Source of the DNA: Planctomycetota bacterium
Lineage (GTDB): Bacteria; Planctomycetota; B15-G4; SIAN01
Direction of reading: 5' to 3'
Assembly: GCA_031409275.1 (NCBI GenBank)
Contig: JANNXA010000050.1
Span: forward strand, 128,001 to 192,000
DNA: 64,000 nt
Part shown: positions 9,269 through 18,832 of the stretch, piece by piece
Layout: each line of letters begins with the position of its first letter
How positions within the stretch are numbered: position 1 is the stretch's first letter
The notes under the pieces: model-generated
What the model saw: only the letters and a program-made list of their open reading frames with translations
What the model was told of the DNA's origin: nothing
Database searches by the model: none
Program-made: the position numbers and the translations under genes

Positions 9269-10197
9269 CCTCGGCCCCGCTTCGCCGCACGGAAGTCGAG
9301 CAGATTCCGCAGCTGCCGAGTCCAACGCAGGCGCGGCAGCACGCGGATCTTGCCCTCGCGGTGGGCCACGAAGTAGCCGGCGCCGTCGCGCGCGACACGG
9401 CCCGCCGAACCGGTCGCCGCGAGCGAAGAGGCGCCGCGTTCGAGCGCCCCGATCCCCCACTTCGCGCCGCGCCAGCGTCCTTGCGGCCAGTCGACTCCAT
9501 CGAGCCAGTTCTGCGTGCCGCGCAGCGCATGCCAGCAGTGGTCGAGCGGCCAGTTCGCGAAGTCGATCAGCTTCTCGTCGCGCCGCACCGCGCGCGCGCG
9601 CGGCGTCGGTCGCGCGCCTTGCGGCTGCGGCTGCGGCTGCGCGGTGCCTGCCGCCAAGGCGTCCGCCACCGCCGCCATCAGCCGCGCTCCGATCGGCTCG
9701 ACGCGCGCGGTGAGCTCGGCGAGCGGGAGTCCGACCTCGACCGCGACGCGCTCCTGCGCATAGATCGGGCCGCTGTCCTCGCCGGCATCGAGCGCGTGCA
9801 CCGTGACCCCGATCTCGCGCTCGAAGGCGAGGTACTGCCAGAGCCACGGGTAGGGCCCGGGCCAGCGCGGCAGCAGCGACGGATGGAGGTTGATCGCGCC
9901 GTGACGCGGGAGCGCGAGGATCGCCGGCGCGAGCAGCTGCGTCAGCGAAGCGATCGCCAGCAGGTCAGGCGCAGCGGCGCGCACGAACGGCTCGAGCGCG
10001 TCGCGATTCGCGCGATCGAGCTCGAGGTAGGGCACGCCGCGTTGCTGCGCGAAGGCCGCCAGAGCGCGGTCCCGCAGCGAGCGTTTCGCTCCGCGCCCGG
10101 CAGACTCGACGACGGCGACGATCTCATGGTGCTCGGCGAGCGCCAGGAGCGGCGCGAGCGAGAAGCCGTGGCTGCGGCCGAGGAAGAGGACGCGCAT
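9265..10197 (-). CDS. Formyltransferase (Fmt-like, probable sugar N-formyltransferase)
   Basis: INLHPSLLPRWPG, GVTVH, DAGEDSGPI; downstream of a sugar aminotransferase. Confidence 0.85.
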   Translation of the reverse strand: MRVLFLGRSHGFSLAPLLALAEHHEIVAVVESAGRGAKRSLRDRALAAFAQQRGVPYLELDRANRDALEPFVRAAAPDLLAIASLTQLLAPAILALPRHGAINLHPSLLPRWPGPYPWLWQYLAFEREIGVTVHALDAGEDSGPIYAQERVAVEVGLPLAELTARVEPIGARLMAAVADALAAGTAQPQPQPQGARPTPRARAVRRDEKLIDFANWPLDHCWHALRGTQNWLDGVDWPQGRWRGAKWGIGALERGASSLAATGSAGRVARDGAGYFVAHREGKIRVLPRLRWTRQLRNLLDFRAAKRGRG

Positions 10198-10214
10198 GGA
10201 ATCGCGCGACCGCG

Positions 10215-11405
10215 TCAGGCCCGCAGCGAGCGGCGGACCGCCTCGACCACGTCGGCGACGTCGGCGTCGGTGAGCTTCGGCGTCAACGGGAGGCTCACCG
10301 TTTCACGGCCGAAGGCGAGCGCGTGCGGATAGGCGTCGGGCTTCCAACCGAGTTCGCGCTGGTAGTAGGGGTGCTCGGCAAGCGAGAGGTAGTGGACGCC
10401 GACGCCGATGCCTTGCTGCGTCATCCGCTCGAGGAAGGTGTCCCGCTCGACGCCGCACCGCTTCGGATCGATGCGCACCTGGTAGAGGTGATAGGCGTGC
10501 TTCTCGTGCGCGACGACTGGCGCGGGGAGGCCGATCGGGAGATCGGCGAAGGCGCGGTCGTACGCCTTCCAGATCCCTTCGCGGCGCTGCCAGCTCTGCT
10601 CCACGCGGGCGAGCTGGTGCAAGCCGATCGACGCCTGCAGGTCGGTCATGTTGTTCTTGAAGCCGCATTCGACGACCGAGTAGTGCTTGTAGCCCGAGTC
10701 GGAGAAGCGCTTCCAGGCGTCGCGGCTCATGCCGTGCAACGCGAGGATGCGGATGCGATCGAGATCCTCGGGCCGGCGCGCGATGACCATGCCGCCTTCA
10801 CCGGTGACGACGTTCTTCGTCACATAGAAGCTGTAGCAGCCAAAGTCGCCGAAGGTGCCCGCCGGCTGCCCCCGCCATTCGGTCTCGATGGCATGCGCGC
10901 AGTCTTCGATGATCCACAGTCCGTGGTCGCGCGCGATCGCGGTCAGCGCGTCCATGTCGCACGAGCGGCCGGCGAGGTGAACCGGGAGCAGCGCCTTGGT
11001 GCGCGGCGTGATCTTGCGGCGCACGTCGGCGGGATCGAGGTTGCCGCTCACCGGGTCGATGTCGGCCAGCACCGGCGTCCCGCCCGCATGCAGGACGGCG
11101 TTGGCGGTGGCGCAGAAGGTCAGCGCCGTGGTGATCACTTCATCGCCCGGCTTCAGGTCGCGCGCGACCATGCAAAGGTGGAGCGCCGCGGTGGCGGAAC
11201 TGACTGCGACCGCCGCCGGAACGCGTCGGTAGGCGGCGAAATCGGCCTGGAAACGGGCCGTCTTCGGCCCGGTGCCGATCCAGCCGCTCTTCAGCGTGGC
11301 GACGACCTCGTCGATCTCCGCCTGCGTGATCTCCGGCGCACCGAAGACGAGGAAGCGCTCGCGAGGGCGAACGGGATCGCGGACGGTCGACGGAGCATCA
11401 GGCAC
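10215..11405 (-). CDS. DegT/DnrJ/EryC1/StrS family sugar aminotransferase
   Basis: SGWIGTGP, VSSATAALH, EDCAHA, SFYVTKN (PLP lysine), GEGGM; GTG 11405 with GGGAGAAGG upstream. Confidence 0.93.
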   Translation of the reverse strand: MPDAPSTVRDPVRPRERFLVFGAPEITQAEIDEVVATLKSGWIGTGPKTARFQADFAAYRRVPAAVAVSSATAALHLCMVARDLKPGDEVITTALTFCATANAVLHAGGTPVLADIDPVSGNLDPADVRRKITPRTKALLPVHLAGRSCDMDALTAIARDHGLWIIEDCAHAIETEWRGQPAGTFGDFGCYSFYVTKNVVTGEGGMVIARRPEDLDRIRILALHGMSRDAWKRFSDSGYKHYSVVECGFKNNMTDLQASIGLHQLARVEQSWQRREGIWKAYDRAFADLPIGLPAPVVAHEKHAYHLYQVRIDPKRCGVERDTFLERMTQQGIGVGVHYLSLAEHPYYQRELGWKPDAYPHALAFGRETVSLPLTPKLTDADVADVVEAVRRSLRA

Positions 11406-11553
11406 GGGGACCTTCTCCCGGAACGCGGGGGACGGCAAGCAACACGAACGGCACGGAGTTTCGCACAACGGCGGCGCGTTTGCATCGCGACAGCGGCCGC
11501 CACCCGCGGCGAGATTGTCCCTCCGCCGGTCGACCGGCAAGATCTCCGAGGCC

Positions 11554-12411
11554 ATGACTGAACCGATGCGGATCTACTGCGGGACCGACGCTTCGCAAGA
11601 CGTGCCGACGCGCGTCCTCGAATGGAGCTTCCGCAAGCACGCCTCGGGTCCGATCGAATTCCATCCGATGCGCGACCTCGCGATCCCGGCGCCGCGCGAT
11701 CCCGCCAACCGGCCGCGAACCGCGTTCAGCTTCTTCCGCTTCTGCATCCCGAAGCTCGCCGGCTACTCGGGGCGCGCGCTCTACGTCGACGCCGACATGC
11801 AGGTCTTCGGCGACGTCGCGCCGCTTTGGCGCTTGCCATTCGGAGCGCAGCCGGTGTTGTGCACCGTCCAGTCCGAGGCGCCGCCCCACTGGAAGGGCCA
11901 TGCCTTCTTCCGGCCGGGGCGCCAGTTCAGCGTGATGCTGCTCGACTGCAGCCGCCTGGACTGGGAGATCGGCGAGATCGTGCGTCGGCTCGATGACGGC
12001 CGCCTCGACTACCACGCACTGCTCCACGACTGCGGCCTCGTCGCGCACGACGCGATCGGCGAGACCTTGCCTTCGACCTGGAACCACCTCGACCACTACG
12101 AGCCGGGCGAGACCCGGCTCACCCACTACACGGTCGTCTCCACGCAGCCGTGGAAGAACGACAAGAACCACCTCGTGCCGATGTGGATGCGCGGCTTCGC
12201 CGAAGCGGTGCAGGACGGCGCGGTCGAGCGCGACCTCGTCGAGCGCGCGGTGTCGGCAGGCCACGTCAAGCCGCGCCTGCTGCGCGCCTTCGACCGCGCC
12301 AAGGCGGGCGACCTCGAGGACAGCGTCTTCGCGAAGGCCTACGTGAGGATGCGGCAGGCGCTGCGTGGCGCGGGTCGCACGAAGTGGGCGGGCGAAGCCG
12401 GCGCGAGTTGA
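11554..12411 (+). CDS. GT8-like glycosyltransferase
   Basis: TAFSFFRFCIP, ALYVDADM (DxD), FSVMLLDC, WNHLD, HYT..QPW. Confidence 0.8.
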   Translation: MTEPMRIYCGTDASQDVPTRVLEWSFRKHASGPIEFHPMRDLAIPAPRDPANRPRTAFSFFRFCIPKLAGYSGRALYVDADMQVFGDVAPLWRLPFGAQPVLCTVQSEAPPHWKGHAFFRPGRQFSVMLLDCSRLDWEIGEIVRRLDDGRLDYHALLHDCGLVAHDAIGETLPSTWNHLDHYEPGETRLTHYTVVSTQPWKNDKNHLVPMWMRGFAEAVQDGAVERDLVERAVSAGHVKPRLLRAFDRAKAGDLEDSVFAKAYVRMRQALRGAGRTKWAGEAGAS

Positions 12412-12427
12412 CGCTCGCGCGGGAGTC

Positions 12428-13216
12428 TCACGACCCGGTGCTCTCGTAGCGACGCACGCCCAGTCGCCAGCAGAACCAGGCCACCAGCGCGAGCGCGAGC
12501 GTGACCAGCGGCGCCGCGATGGCCAACCCCGCGAGCGGACTGCGTCCGAGCAGCGCCGTGCTCGGGTAGTAGGCGACGAAGCCGAACGGGATCACGAAGC
12601 GCAGCAGCCCGCGAATGGGCCACGGAAAGATCTCCTGCGGCCAGCGCCCGAACGGGATCACGTTGAACACGGGCGGGGCGACGCCGACGCGATCCTCGAA
12701 GTGGAACGAGACCGACGCCAGGATCGTGAAGACGAAGACGTAGATCAGCGCGCCGCAGATCACCGTCACGGCGACGAAGAGCCACTCGAACGGGCCGAAG
12801 CCGACGTGGAGCTGCCGCAACGAGTGAGCGACGACCCCGGCGCCGATGAACGTCTCCGCCAGCACGGGAATGCGGAATTGATCGCACAGGATCTGCGCGA
12901 AGCTCGACAGCGGGCGCAGCAGCACGCGATCGAAGCGCCCTTCGATGATGTAGCGATCGCCGAACTCGAAGAGGTTCCAGGAGACGGTCGCGAAGAGGCC
13001 GTAGCTCATGCTCGACAGGCCGACGATCAGCAGCACCTCGTCTTTCTTCCAGCCGGCGAGCTCGTCCACCGGGACGAAGAAGAGCAGCACGAAGAAGAGG
13101 CTCGACAACCCGCCGAGCGCCGTCGCGAACAGGTCCGCGACGAAGTCGCCTCGATAGCTGAGGCGCACCTTCAGCATCTGCGCGAAGAGGGCGGCGTAGA
13201 TCCGGAGCGTGCGCAC
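12428..13216 (-). CDS. ABC-2 type transporter permease (DUF990-like)
   Basis: SYRGDF, GW...EV, GRFDRVLLRP, IPFGFVAYYP, RRYESTGS. Confidence 0.9.
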   Translation of the reverse strand: MRTLRIYAALFAQMLKVRLSYRGDFVADLFATALGGLSSLFFVLLFFVPVDELAGWKKDEVLLIVGLSSMSYGLFATVSWNLFEFGDRYIIEGRFDRVLLRPLSSFAQILCDQFRIPVLAETFIGAGVVAHSLRQLHVGFGPFEWLFVAVTVICGALIYVFVFTILASVSFHFEDRVGVAPPVFNVIPFGRWPQEIFPWPIRGLLRFVIPFGFVAYYPSTALLGRSPLAGLAIAAPLVTLALALVAWFCWRLGVRRYESTGS

Positions 13217-13220
13217 GCGA

Positions 13221-14072
13221 TCACCCGCCCTGCACGGTGAGACGGCGCGACGCGAGGCGCCAGCAGAAGGCGCCGATCGCGGTCAGCGCGACCACCCACG
13301 CCGACTGCACCAGCAGCACGCGGGCGATCAGCGTCTTGTCGTCGCCCAGCCACTCGGCGCCGGCGCGCGCGCGGCCGAGCCAGATCGAGCTCGGGAGATA
13401 GGAGATCGCCTGGAACGGCAGCCAGGAGGTGAAGCCCTGCAACCAGCCCGGGAACATCGACACCGGGATCAGCAGCCCGGAGAGGAGCTCGATCAAGTAG
13501 TGCTTCGCGCGCATCACGCCGTCGATGTTCTTCAGCGGGAAGGCGCACAGCCCGACCAGGAAGTTCACTTGCGTCAGGATCGCGAGAGCGAGCACGCACG
13601 AGATCAGGAACGCGGCGGCATGCAGCGGCGAAGCGGGCGGCGCGACCGGGAAGAGCAGGAAGAGCAGGACGCTGATCGGCAGCGTGAAGAAGAGGAAGCG
13701 GAACAGCCCTTCGCCGAGCGTCGCGGCGACGATCGTGCCCTGCAACGAGACGGGTCGCGACAGCGCGACGGCGATCGTGCCGTTCTGCACCTGCTCGGAG
13801 AGTTCGCGGTCGACGTTGTTGAAGTAGAAGCTGCGCGCGATCCAGCCGATGGCGACGTAGGTGAACATCTGGTTGGCGGAAAAGCCCGCCAGCGAATCGC
13901 CCGGCGGACGATGCGAGTAGACCGCGCGCCACAGGTAGTAGTAGGTCGTGACGTAGACGAGGTAGGAGATGATCCCCGTCACGTAGCGCGTCCGGTAGGC
14001 CAGCATCTTGTGGAACTGGCCGACGAAGAACCCGGCGTAGGCCGGCAGATGGAGCGCGCGCACCGGGTTCAT
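13221..14072 (-). CDS. ABC-2 type transporter permease (DUF990-like)
   Basis: LAYR, GTIAVALSRP, LSGLLIP..FPGWL, LPFQ, C-terminal VQGG; ATGA overlap with ATPase stop. Confidence 0.9.
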   Translation of the reverse strand: MNPVRALHLPAYAGFFVGQFHKMLAYRTRYVTGIISYLVYVTTYYYLWRAVYSHRPPGDSLAGFSANQMFTYVAIGWIARSFYFNNVDRELSEQVQNGTIAVALSRPVSLQGTIVAATLGEGLFRFLFFTLPISVLLFLLFPVAPPASPLHAAAFLISCVLALAILTQVNFLVGLCAFPLKNIDGVMRAKHYLIELLSGLLIPVSMFPGWLQGFTSWLPFQAISYLPSSIWLGRARAGAEWLGDDKTLIARVLLVQSAWVVALTAIGAFCWRLASRRLTVQGG

Positions 14073-15115
14073 CGCGCCGCGCCGCTCGCCGCGCCCGCCG
14101 CCTTCGCCGCCACCATCGCGGAGCGGCCGGTCTTCTCGTAGATGCGGCGGATCACTTCCTCGATCGAAGGCTCGGGCAGCGCGATGTCGGCCACCTTGAC
14201 CGCGCCGACGAGCCGCGACAGCAGCTCGGCCGCGGGAATCTCGCGCTTCGAGAAGTGCGCGCGCAGCTTGAGCGGGTTGTCCTGCTCGAAACGCACGCGC
14301 GGCAGCAGTCGCGCCAGGTCGGCAAGAGCCACCGGCTCGAGCAGCTCGATCTCCGCAGTCGACTCCTCGCCCGCCTCTTCGCGCAGCGCCTCGAGGCTGC
14401 CGTCGTAGACGATCTTCCCGCCGTCGATCACCATCACGCGCTGCGCCAACGCCTCGATGTCGCGCAGGTCGTGGGTGGTCAGCAGGATCGTCGTCCCGAA
14501 ATCGTCGTTCACGCGCTTCAGCAACGCGCGGATCGCCTCCTTGGCGACGAGGTCGAGCCCGATGGTCGGCTCGTCGAGGAAGAGCAGTTCCGGACCGTGC
14601 AGCAGGCTGGCCGCGAGGTCGGCGCGCATGCGCTGGCCGAGCGACAGCTTGCGCACCGGGATGTGGAGGAACTCGTCGAGCGCGAGCAGCTCGGTCAGCC
14701 GTTTCAGTCGCGCCGCACCTTCGGACGCCGGCACTTCGTAGATCTGCAGCAGGAGCTTCAGCGACTCGACCACCGCGAGGTCCCACCAGAGCTGGGTGCG
14801 CTGGCCGAAGACGACGCCGATGCGTCGCACGTACTGCTTGCGCTGCCGGTGCGGCGAGAGACCGAGCGACTCGATGCGACCGCCGCTTGGCGTGAGGATG
14901 CCGGTCAGCATCTTGATGGTGGTCGACTTGCCGGCGCCGTTGGGGCCGATGTAGCCGATGCGCTCGCCGCGCTCGATCGAGAAGCTGACGCCATCGACCG
15001 CGCGCAACGCCTCGTAGTCGCGCTGGAAGAGGTCCTTGAAGGCGCCGGCGAGTCCCTCGCGGCGACGGAAGCGGCGGAACTCCTTCACCAGATTTTCGAC
15101 GACGACGGCCGGCAT
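14069..15115 (-). CDS. ABC transporter ATP-binding protein
   Basis: GPNGAGKST, VFGQRTQLWWDL, LSLGQRMR, LFLDEPT, TTHD. Confidence 0.95.
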   Translation of the reverse strand: MPAVVVENLVKEFRRFRRREGLAGAFKDLFQRDYEALRAVDGVSFSIERGERIGYIGPNGAGKSTTIKMLTGILTPSGGRIESLGLSPHRQRKQYVRRIGVVFGQRTQLWWDLAVVESLKLLLQIYEVPASEGAARLKRLTELLALDEFLHIPVRKLSLGQRMRADLAASLLHGPELLFLDEPTIGLDLVAKEAIRALLKRVNDDFGTTILLTTHDLRDIEALAQRVMVIDGGKIVYDGSLEALREEAGEESTAEIELLEPVALADLARLLPRVRFEQDNPLKLRAHFSKREIPAAELLSRLVGAVKVADIALPEPSIEEVIRRIYEKTGRSAMVAAKAAGAASGAAR

Positions 15116-15199
15116 GGGGCGCAATCTAGCAGCCGTTCAGATTCGCTTGCGCGCCGAGTCGGCGAGCGCAAGACTTCCGCGCCTCTCCGAAAGGCACTG

Positions 15200-15976
15200 A
15201 TGGACCTCACCCAGCTCTTCACGCCCGAGAACCTCGTCGCGCTCTTGACGCTGACCAGCCTCGAGATCGTCCTCGGGATCGACAACGTCGTCTTCATCGC
15301 GATCCTCTGCGGCAAACTCCCGCCCGAGCAGCGCGAGAAGGCGCGCAAGGTCGGTCTGTCGCTGGCGATGCTGATCCGCATCGCACTGCTGCTGGCCATC
15401 GGCTGGCTGGTGAAGCTGACCGATCCGCTCTTCAGCGTCGGACTGCCCTCGGTGCTCGGAGGCTGGAGCCACGGATTCTCGGGGCGCGACCTCATCTTGT
15501 TGGTCGGCGGCCTGTTCCTGGTCGGCAAGGCCACGCTCGAGATCCACCACAAGCTCGAAGGGGTCGAAGGAGCGGGCCCCGTCGGCACTCCGCGCGCGAG
15601 CTACGGCGCCGTGCTGACGCAGATCCTCGTGCTCGACATCGTCTTCTCCCTCGACTCGGTGATCACCGCCGTCGGCATGGCGAACTCGAAGGAAGTGATG
15701 ATCACGGCGGTGGTGATCGCGGTCGGCGTGATGCTGATCTTCTCCGGCCGCATCTCGACCTACATCGAGCACCGTCCGACCCTGAAGATCCTCGCCCTGT
15801 CGTTCCTGCTGCTGATCGGCGTGACGCTGGTCGTCGATGGCAGCGGCGGCCACGTACCGAAGGGCTACGTCTACTTCGCGATGGCCTTCTCGCTCGGCGT
15901 CGAAATGGTGAACCTCAAGATGCGGGCGAAGAGCGAGCCGATCCGCCTGAAGGACTCGCACCTCCCGCCGAGCTAG
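15200..15976 (+). CDS. TerC family membrane protein
   Basis: LEIVLGIDN, LDIVFSLDSVITAVGM, KGYVYFAMAFS. Confidence 0.93.
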   Translation: MDLTQLFTPENLVALLTLTSLEIVLGIDNVVFIAILCGKLPPEQREKARKVGLSLAMLIRIALLLAIGWLVKLTDPLFSVGLPSVLGGWSHGFSGRDLILLVGGLFLVGKATLEIHHKLEGVEGAGPVGTPRASYGAVLTQILVLDIVFSLDSVITAVGMANSKEVMITAVVIAVGVMLIFSGRISTYIEHRPTLKILALSFLLLIGVTLVVDGSGGHVPKGYVYFAMAFSLGVEMVNLKMRAKSEPIRLKDSHLPPS

Positions 15977-16153
15977 CCCGGTTTGTTCCCGAGCCCCTGC
16001 TGCGGCTCGGTCTGTCGACTCATGACATCGTCGGAAAACCGCGTTCCTTCCTCAGCGGGTCGGCAGACCCGCATCGTCGGAGCCGCGATTTTCCTCCTCG
16101 CCCTGCGCCGACATCCCGTCGCCTCGCTACGGGGCTCGGGAACGAACCGGGCT
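15975..16153. mobile_element. MITE/REPIN-like non-coding long hairpin (179 bp)
   Basis: 23-bp terminal inverted repeats (15975-15997 vs 16131-16153, 1 mismatch), inner arms 16033-16043/16084-16094 and apical stem gcgggtc-ggca-gacccgc, all symmetric about 16064. Confidence 0.65.
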
Positions 16154-16232
16154 TGGGCCGCTTCGCTACGCTGCGGACCGCCGCGGCGCCCGCTCGGGAC
16201 GGCTTGCGGCGCCAAGCGCCCTGGAGTCCGCG

Positions 16233-18584
16233 ATGCCTGCGCCCACGTTGCCGACCGCCTCGCTTTCGCTCGTTGCGGTGGCCGCCACGACGCTCTTCGC
16301 GTGGCTGCCGATTCGCGACGACCTCGCCAACAAGGTGAAGGCGCGCGAACCCGAGGATCGTGTCGCCGCGGTCGACACCATCCGCCGCGATGGCCACAAG
16401 GACGCGGAGAAGCTGCTGCTCGATGCGCTCGACGATCGCGACTGGGAGGTGATGGAGCATGCGGCACTGGCGCTCAGCGAGCGCGGCAGCGCCGCCAACT
16501 GCGCGGCGCCGCTCTCGAAGCTGACGCTCGAAGGACCGATCCGCCGCGTGCGCCTCGCCGCCGCGCAGGCGCTGGCGAAACTGGCGCCCGATACGGCAGG
16601 CGACCTGCTGACCAAGGCCGCGAAAGGGGCGAACCTTCCGCGCGCGTGCGAAGGGCTCGCCGCCATCGCCGCCACCGTCGGCGAGCGGGCGCGCCCCGGC
16701 CTCGAGACCGGCCTGCTCTCGAAGGAGCCTTCGACGCGCGCGAGCGCCGCGGCCGGCCTGCACGCCTTCGCCGCTGCCGAGCGCGCCACCCACCTCGCCA
16801 CCTGCCTCGACGACGAGGAGCTCACCGTGGGCGCCGCCGCGCTCGACTCGGCGTCGCGCCACCCCGACGCCGCGCTGCTGCCGGCGCTGCTGACCGCACT
16901 GGCGAAGAAGGGGTTGCCTGAGGTCTTCGAGCGCCGCGTCATCAACGCCATCGAGGCGCTCGTCACCGCCACGGCCGAGGCGTCACGCGGCTCGCTGCAG
17001 AGCTCGATCTTCGACGCGGCGCAGAAGATCAACAGCGATCCGCCGCTCTCGCGCTTCGTGCGCCTGGTCGGCCGCCTCGCCGCGAAACCGGTCGACGCTG
17101 CCGCGAAGCCGCTGCTCGCGGCCGACAGCGCGCTCAGCTGGCTCGAGCCGGTCGGCAAGCGCGGCAGCGATGGCGCCGCTGCGGCCGCAGCGCGCGCGAT
17201 CGGCCTCGTCGCCACCAAGAACGCGCTCGAGAAGCTCGCCACGATCGCCAGCAAGAGCAGCGCACCGCGCGTGCGCAGCGTCGCGTTGCGCGGCCTGACC
17301 GCCGCCGCGGGCAGCGACACGGAGCTCTACCGGACCACGGCGATCGAGCTGCTCCGCGACGCCGACGCCGACGTGCGCGAGGACGCAGCCGTCGCGCTCG
17401 GCCGCCCGCTGATGAGCGGCGCCGTCGCGGCGCTGCTGCCGCTGGCGAAGGACCCCGAGTGGCAGGTCGCCGTCGCCGCCATCGTCTCGCTGGGCAAGAC
17501 GCAGGAGCTCGACGCCCTCGCGCCGCTGACGGAGCTGGCCAAGCACAAGGACTGGAAGCTCGCCGGCGCCGCGCTGGTGGGACTTGGCCACATGAAGCAG
17601 AAGGGAGCGATCGCGCCGCTGATCGCCGGGTTGGGCGAGAAGGCGCCGACGCTCAAGTTCACCGCGTTCGAGTTCCTGCGCCGCATGACGCGCGACAAGG
17701 TGCCGGCGAAGGAGAGCTCCTGGAAGAGCTGGTGGACCAAGGCGGAGCCGAGCTTCCAGTTCCCCGATCCCGCCGAGAACGCCAAGCAACAGCAGAAGTA
17801 CGGCTATGCGCCAAGCGCCTACGGCGTCTACGAAGACCTCGACCTGCTGGTCTTCCAGAGCCGCGGTGACCACATCGAGAAGCTGCTCGAGAAGCTCAAG
17901 ATCGACCACCGCAAGACGCATGGCGGCGGCGTGCCCGACTCCGGCGTCTCGCCGCTTGGCATCTACGTGGCGAACTGCACCGGCGAATGCGGGCAGGACG
18001 ATCTCGAGCAGGTGCAGTGGGCCGTGCACGCGGGCGGCTACCTGTTCAGCTCCTGCTGGGCGCTCACCCACCACGCCTCGTTGGTGCGCCCCGGCTTCGC
18101 GCGCATGCTGCCGACGCCCAAGGGCCAGGTGCTCGACCTCGTCACGGCCGAACCTTGCCGCGACAGCCCCTACCTCGCCGGCGTCTTCGATGGCGCCACT
18201 CGCCCGAAGTACGTGCTGGAAGGGGCGCACCTGATCGACGTGATCGACCACGAACGCGTCGAGGTGCTGATCGACAGCCCCGAATGCGCGACGCGCTGGG
18301 GCGGCGGCAACCTCGCCGCCTGGTGGACGATCGGCCACGGCCTGATCCTCGACTCGGTGAATCACTTCGACCTGCAGGGCTTCGAGCGCGCCCCGGTCAT
18401 GAAGGAGCCGCAGGAGCGGATGGCGTACGCCGTCGACGTGCTCGGACTTTCCTACACCGACCTGCGCGACGTTCCGAAAGGCGCCTGGCAGAGCCAGCAG
18501 AAAGCCTCCGAGGAGGTCCGCGACCTCTCCGCTTTCCGTTTCATCACCAACTTCGTCCGCCAGATGCGCAAACGCGGCAGCTGA
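16233..18584 (+). CDS. Secreted HEAT-repeat protein with C-terminal alpha/beta domain of unknown function
   Basis: Hydrophobic N-terminus, repeats such as LLRDADADVREDAAVALG and LAKDPEWQVAVAAIVSLG, W..WW linker, C-terminal DHIEKLL..IYVANC..GGYLFSSCWAL domain. Confidence 0.85.
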   Translation: MPAPTLPTASLSLVAVAATTLFAWLPIRDDLANKVKAREPEDRVAAVDTIRRDGHKDAEKLLLDALDDRDWEVMEHAALALSERGSAANCAAPLSKLTLEGPIRRVRLAAAQALAKLAPDTAGDLLTKAAKGANLPRACEGLAAIAATVGERARPGLETGLLSKEPSTRASAAAGLHAFAAAERATHLATCLDDEELTVGAAALDSASRHPDAALLPALLTALAKKGLPEVFERRVINAIEALVTATAEASRGSLQSSIFDAAQKINSDPPLSRFVRLVGRLAAKPVDAAAKPLLAADSALSWLEPVGKRGSDGAAAAAARAIGLVATKNALEKLATIASKSSAPRVRSVALRGLTAAAGSDTELYRTTAIELLRDADADVREDAAVALGRPLMSGAVAALLPLAKDPEWQVAVAAIVSLGKTQELDALAPLTELAKHKDWKLAGAALVGLGHMKQKGAIAPLIAGLGEKAPTLKFTAFEFLRRMTRDKVPAKESSWKSWWTKAEPSFQFPDPAENAKQQQKYGYAPSAYGVYEDLDLLVFQSRGDHIEKLLEKLKIDHRKTHGGGVPDSGVSPLGIYVANCTGECGQDDLEQVQWAVHAGGYLFSSCWALTHHASLVRPGFARMLPTPKGQVLDLVTAEPCRDSPYLAGVFDGATRPKYVLEGAHLIDVIDHERVEVLIDSPECATRWGGGNLAAWWTIGHGLILDSVNHFDLQGFERAPVMKEPQERMAYAVDVLGLSYTDLRDVPKGAWQSQQKASEEVRDLSAFRFITNFVRQMRKRGS

Positions 18585-18761
18585 CCCCTCGCGCCCCCCT
18601 CTCGCGCGACGCTGGTGTACCCACCAGCCGTCGCCACCACCCTCGCGCGAAGCCGTTGCGCGGCGCTGGCGTCCTCGCCAGCCGCCGCCTCCACCCGCTA
18701 CCGCGCGACGGCGGCGCCGACCCGCGCTCGCTCCGCGACCCGCAAAGTCGCCGACCGTCGC

Positions 18762-18824
18762 CTCGAACCATTCAGCTGCGAGCCGCGCACCGCGCGGCTT
18801 CGTCAGCTGCAAGAGCAGATCGGC
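18762..18824. other. Degenerate attC-like hairpin 1
   Basis: ttcagctgcgagccgcgc / gcgcggcttcgtcagctgcaa arms with unpaired bases flanking CAGCTG; outer R-box-like ctcgaac and gatcggc imperfect. Confidence 0.5.
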
Positions 18825-18832
18825 GCCGGAGC

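Noticed and set aside
9265..10197. Calling this gene fmt (Met-tRNA formyltransferase)
   Set aside because: Context between a sugar aminotransferase and a GT, and lack of the GTPxF and QPD motifs, favour a sugar formyltransferase
15200..15976. Tellurite-resistance or defence island
   Set aside because: Single TerC-family gene with no terABDZ neighbours
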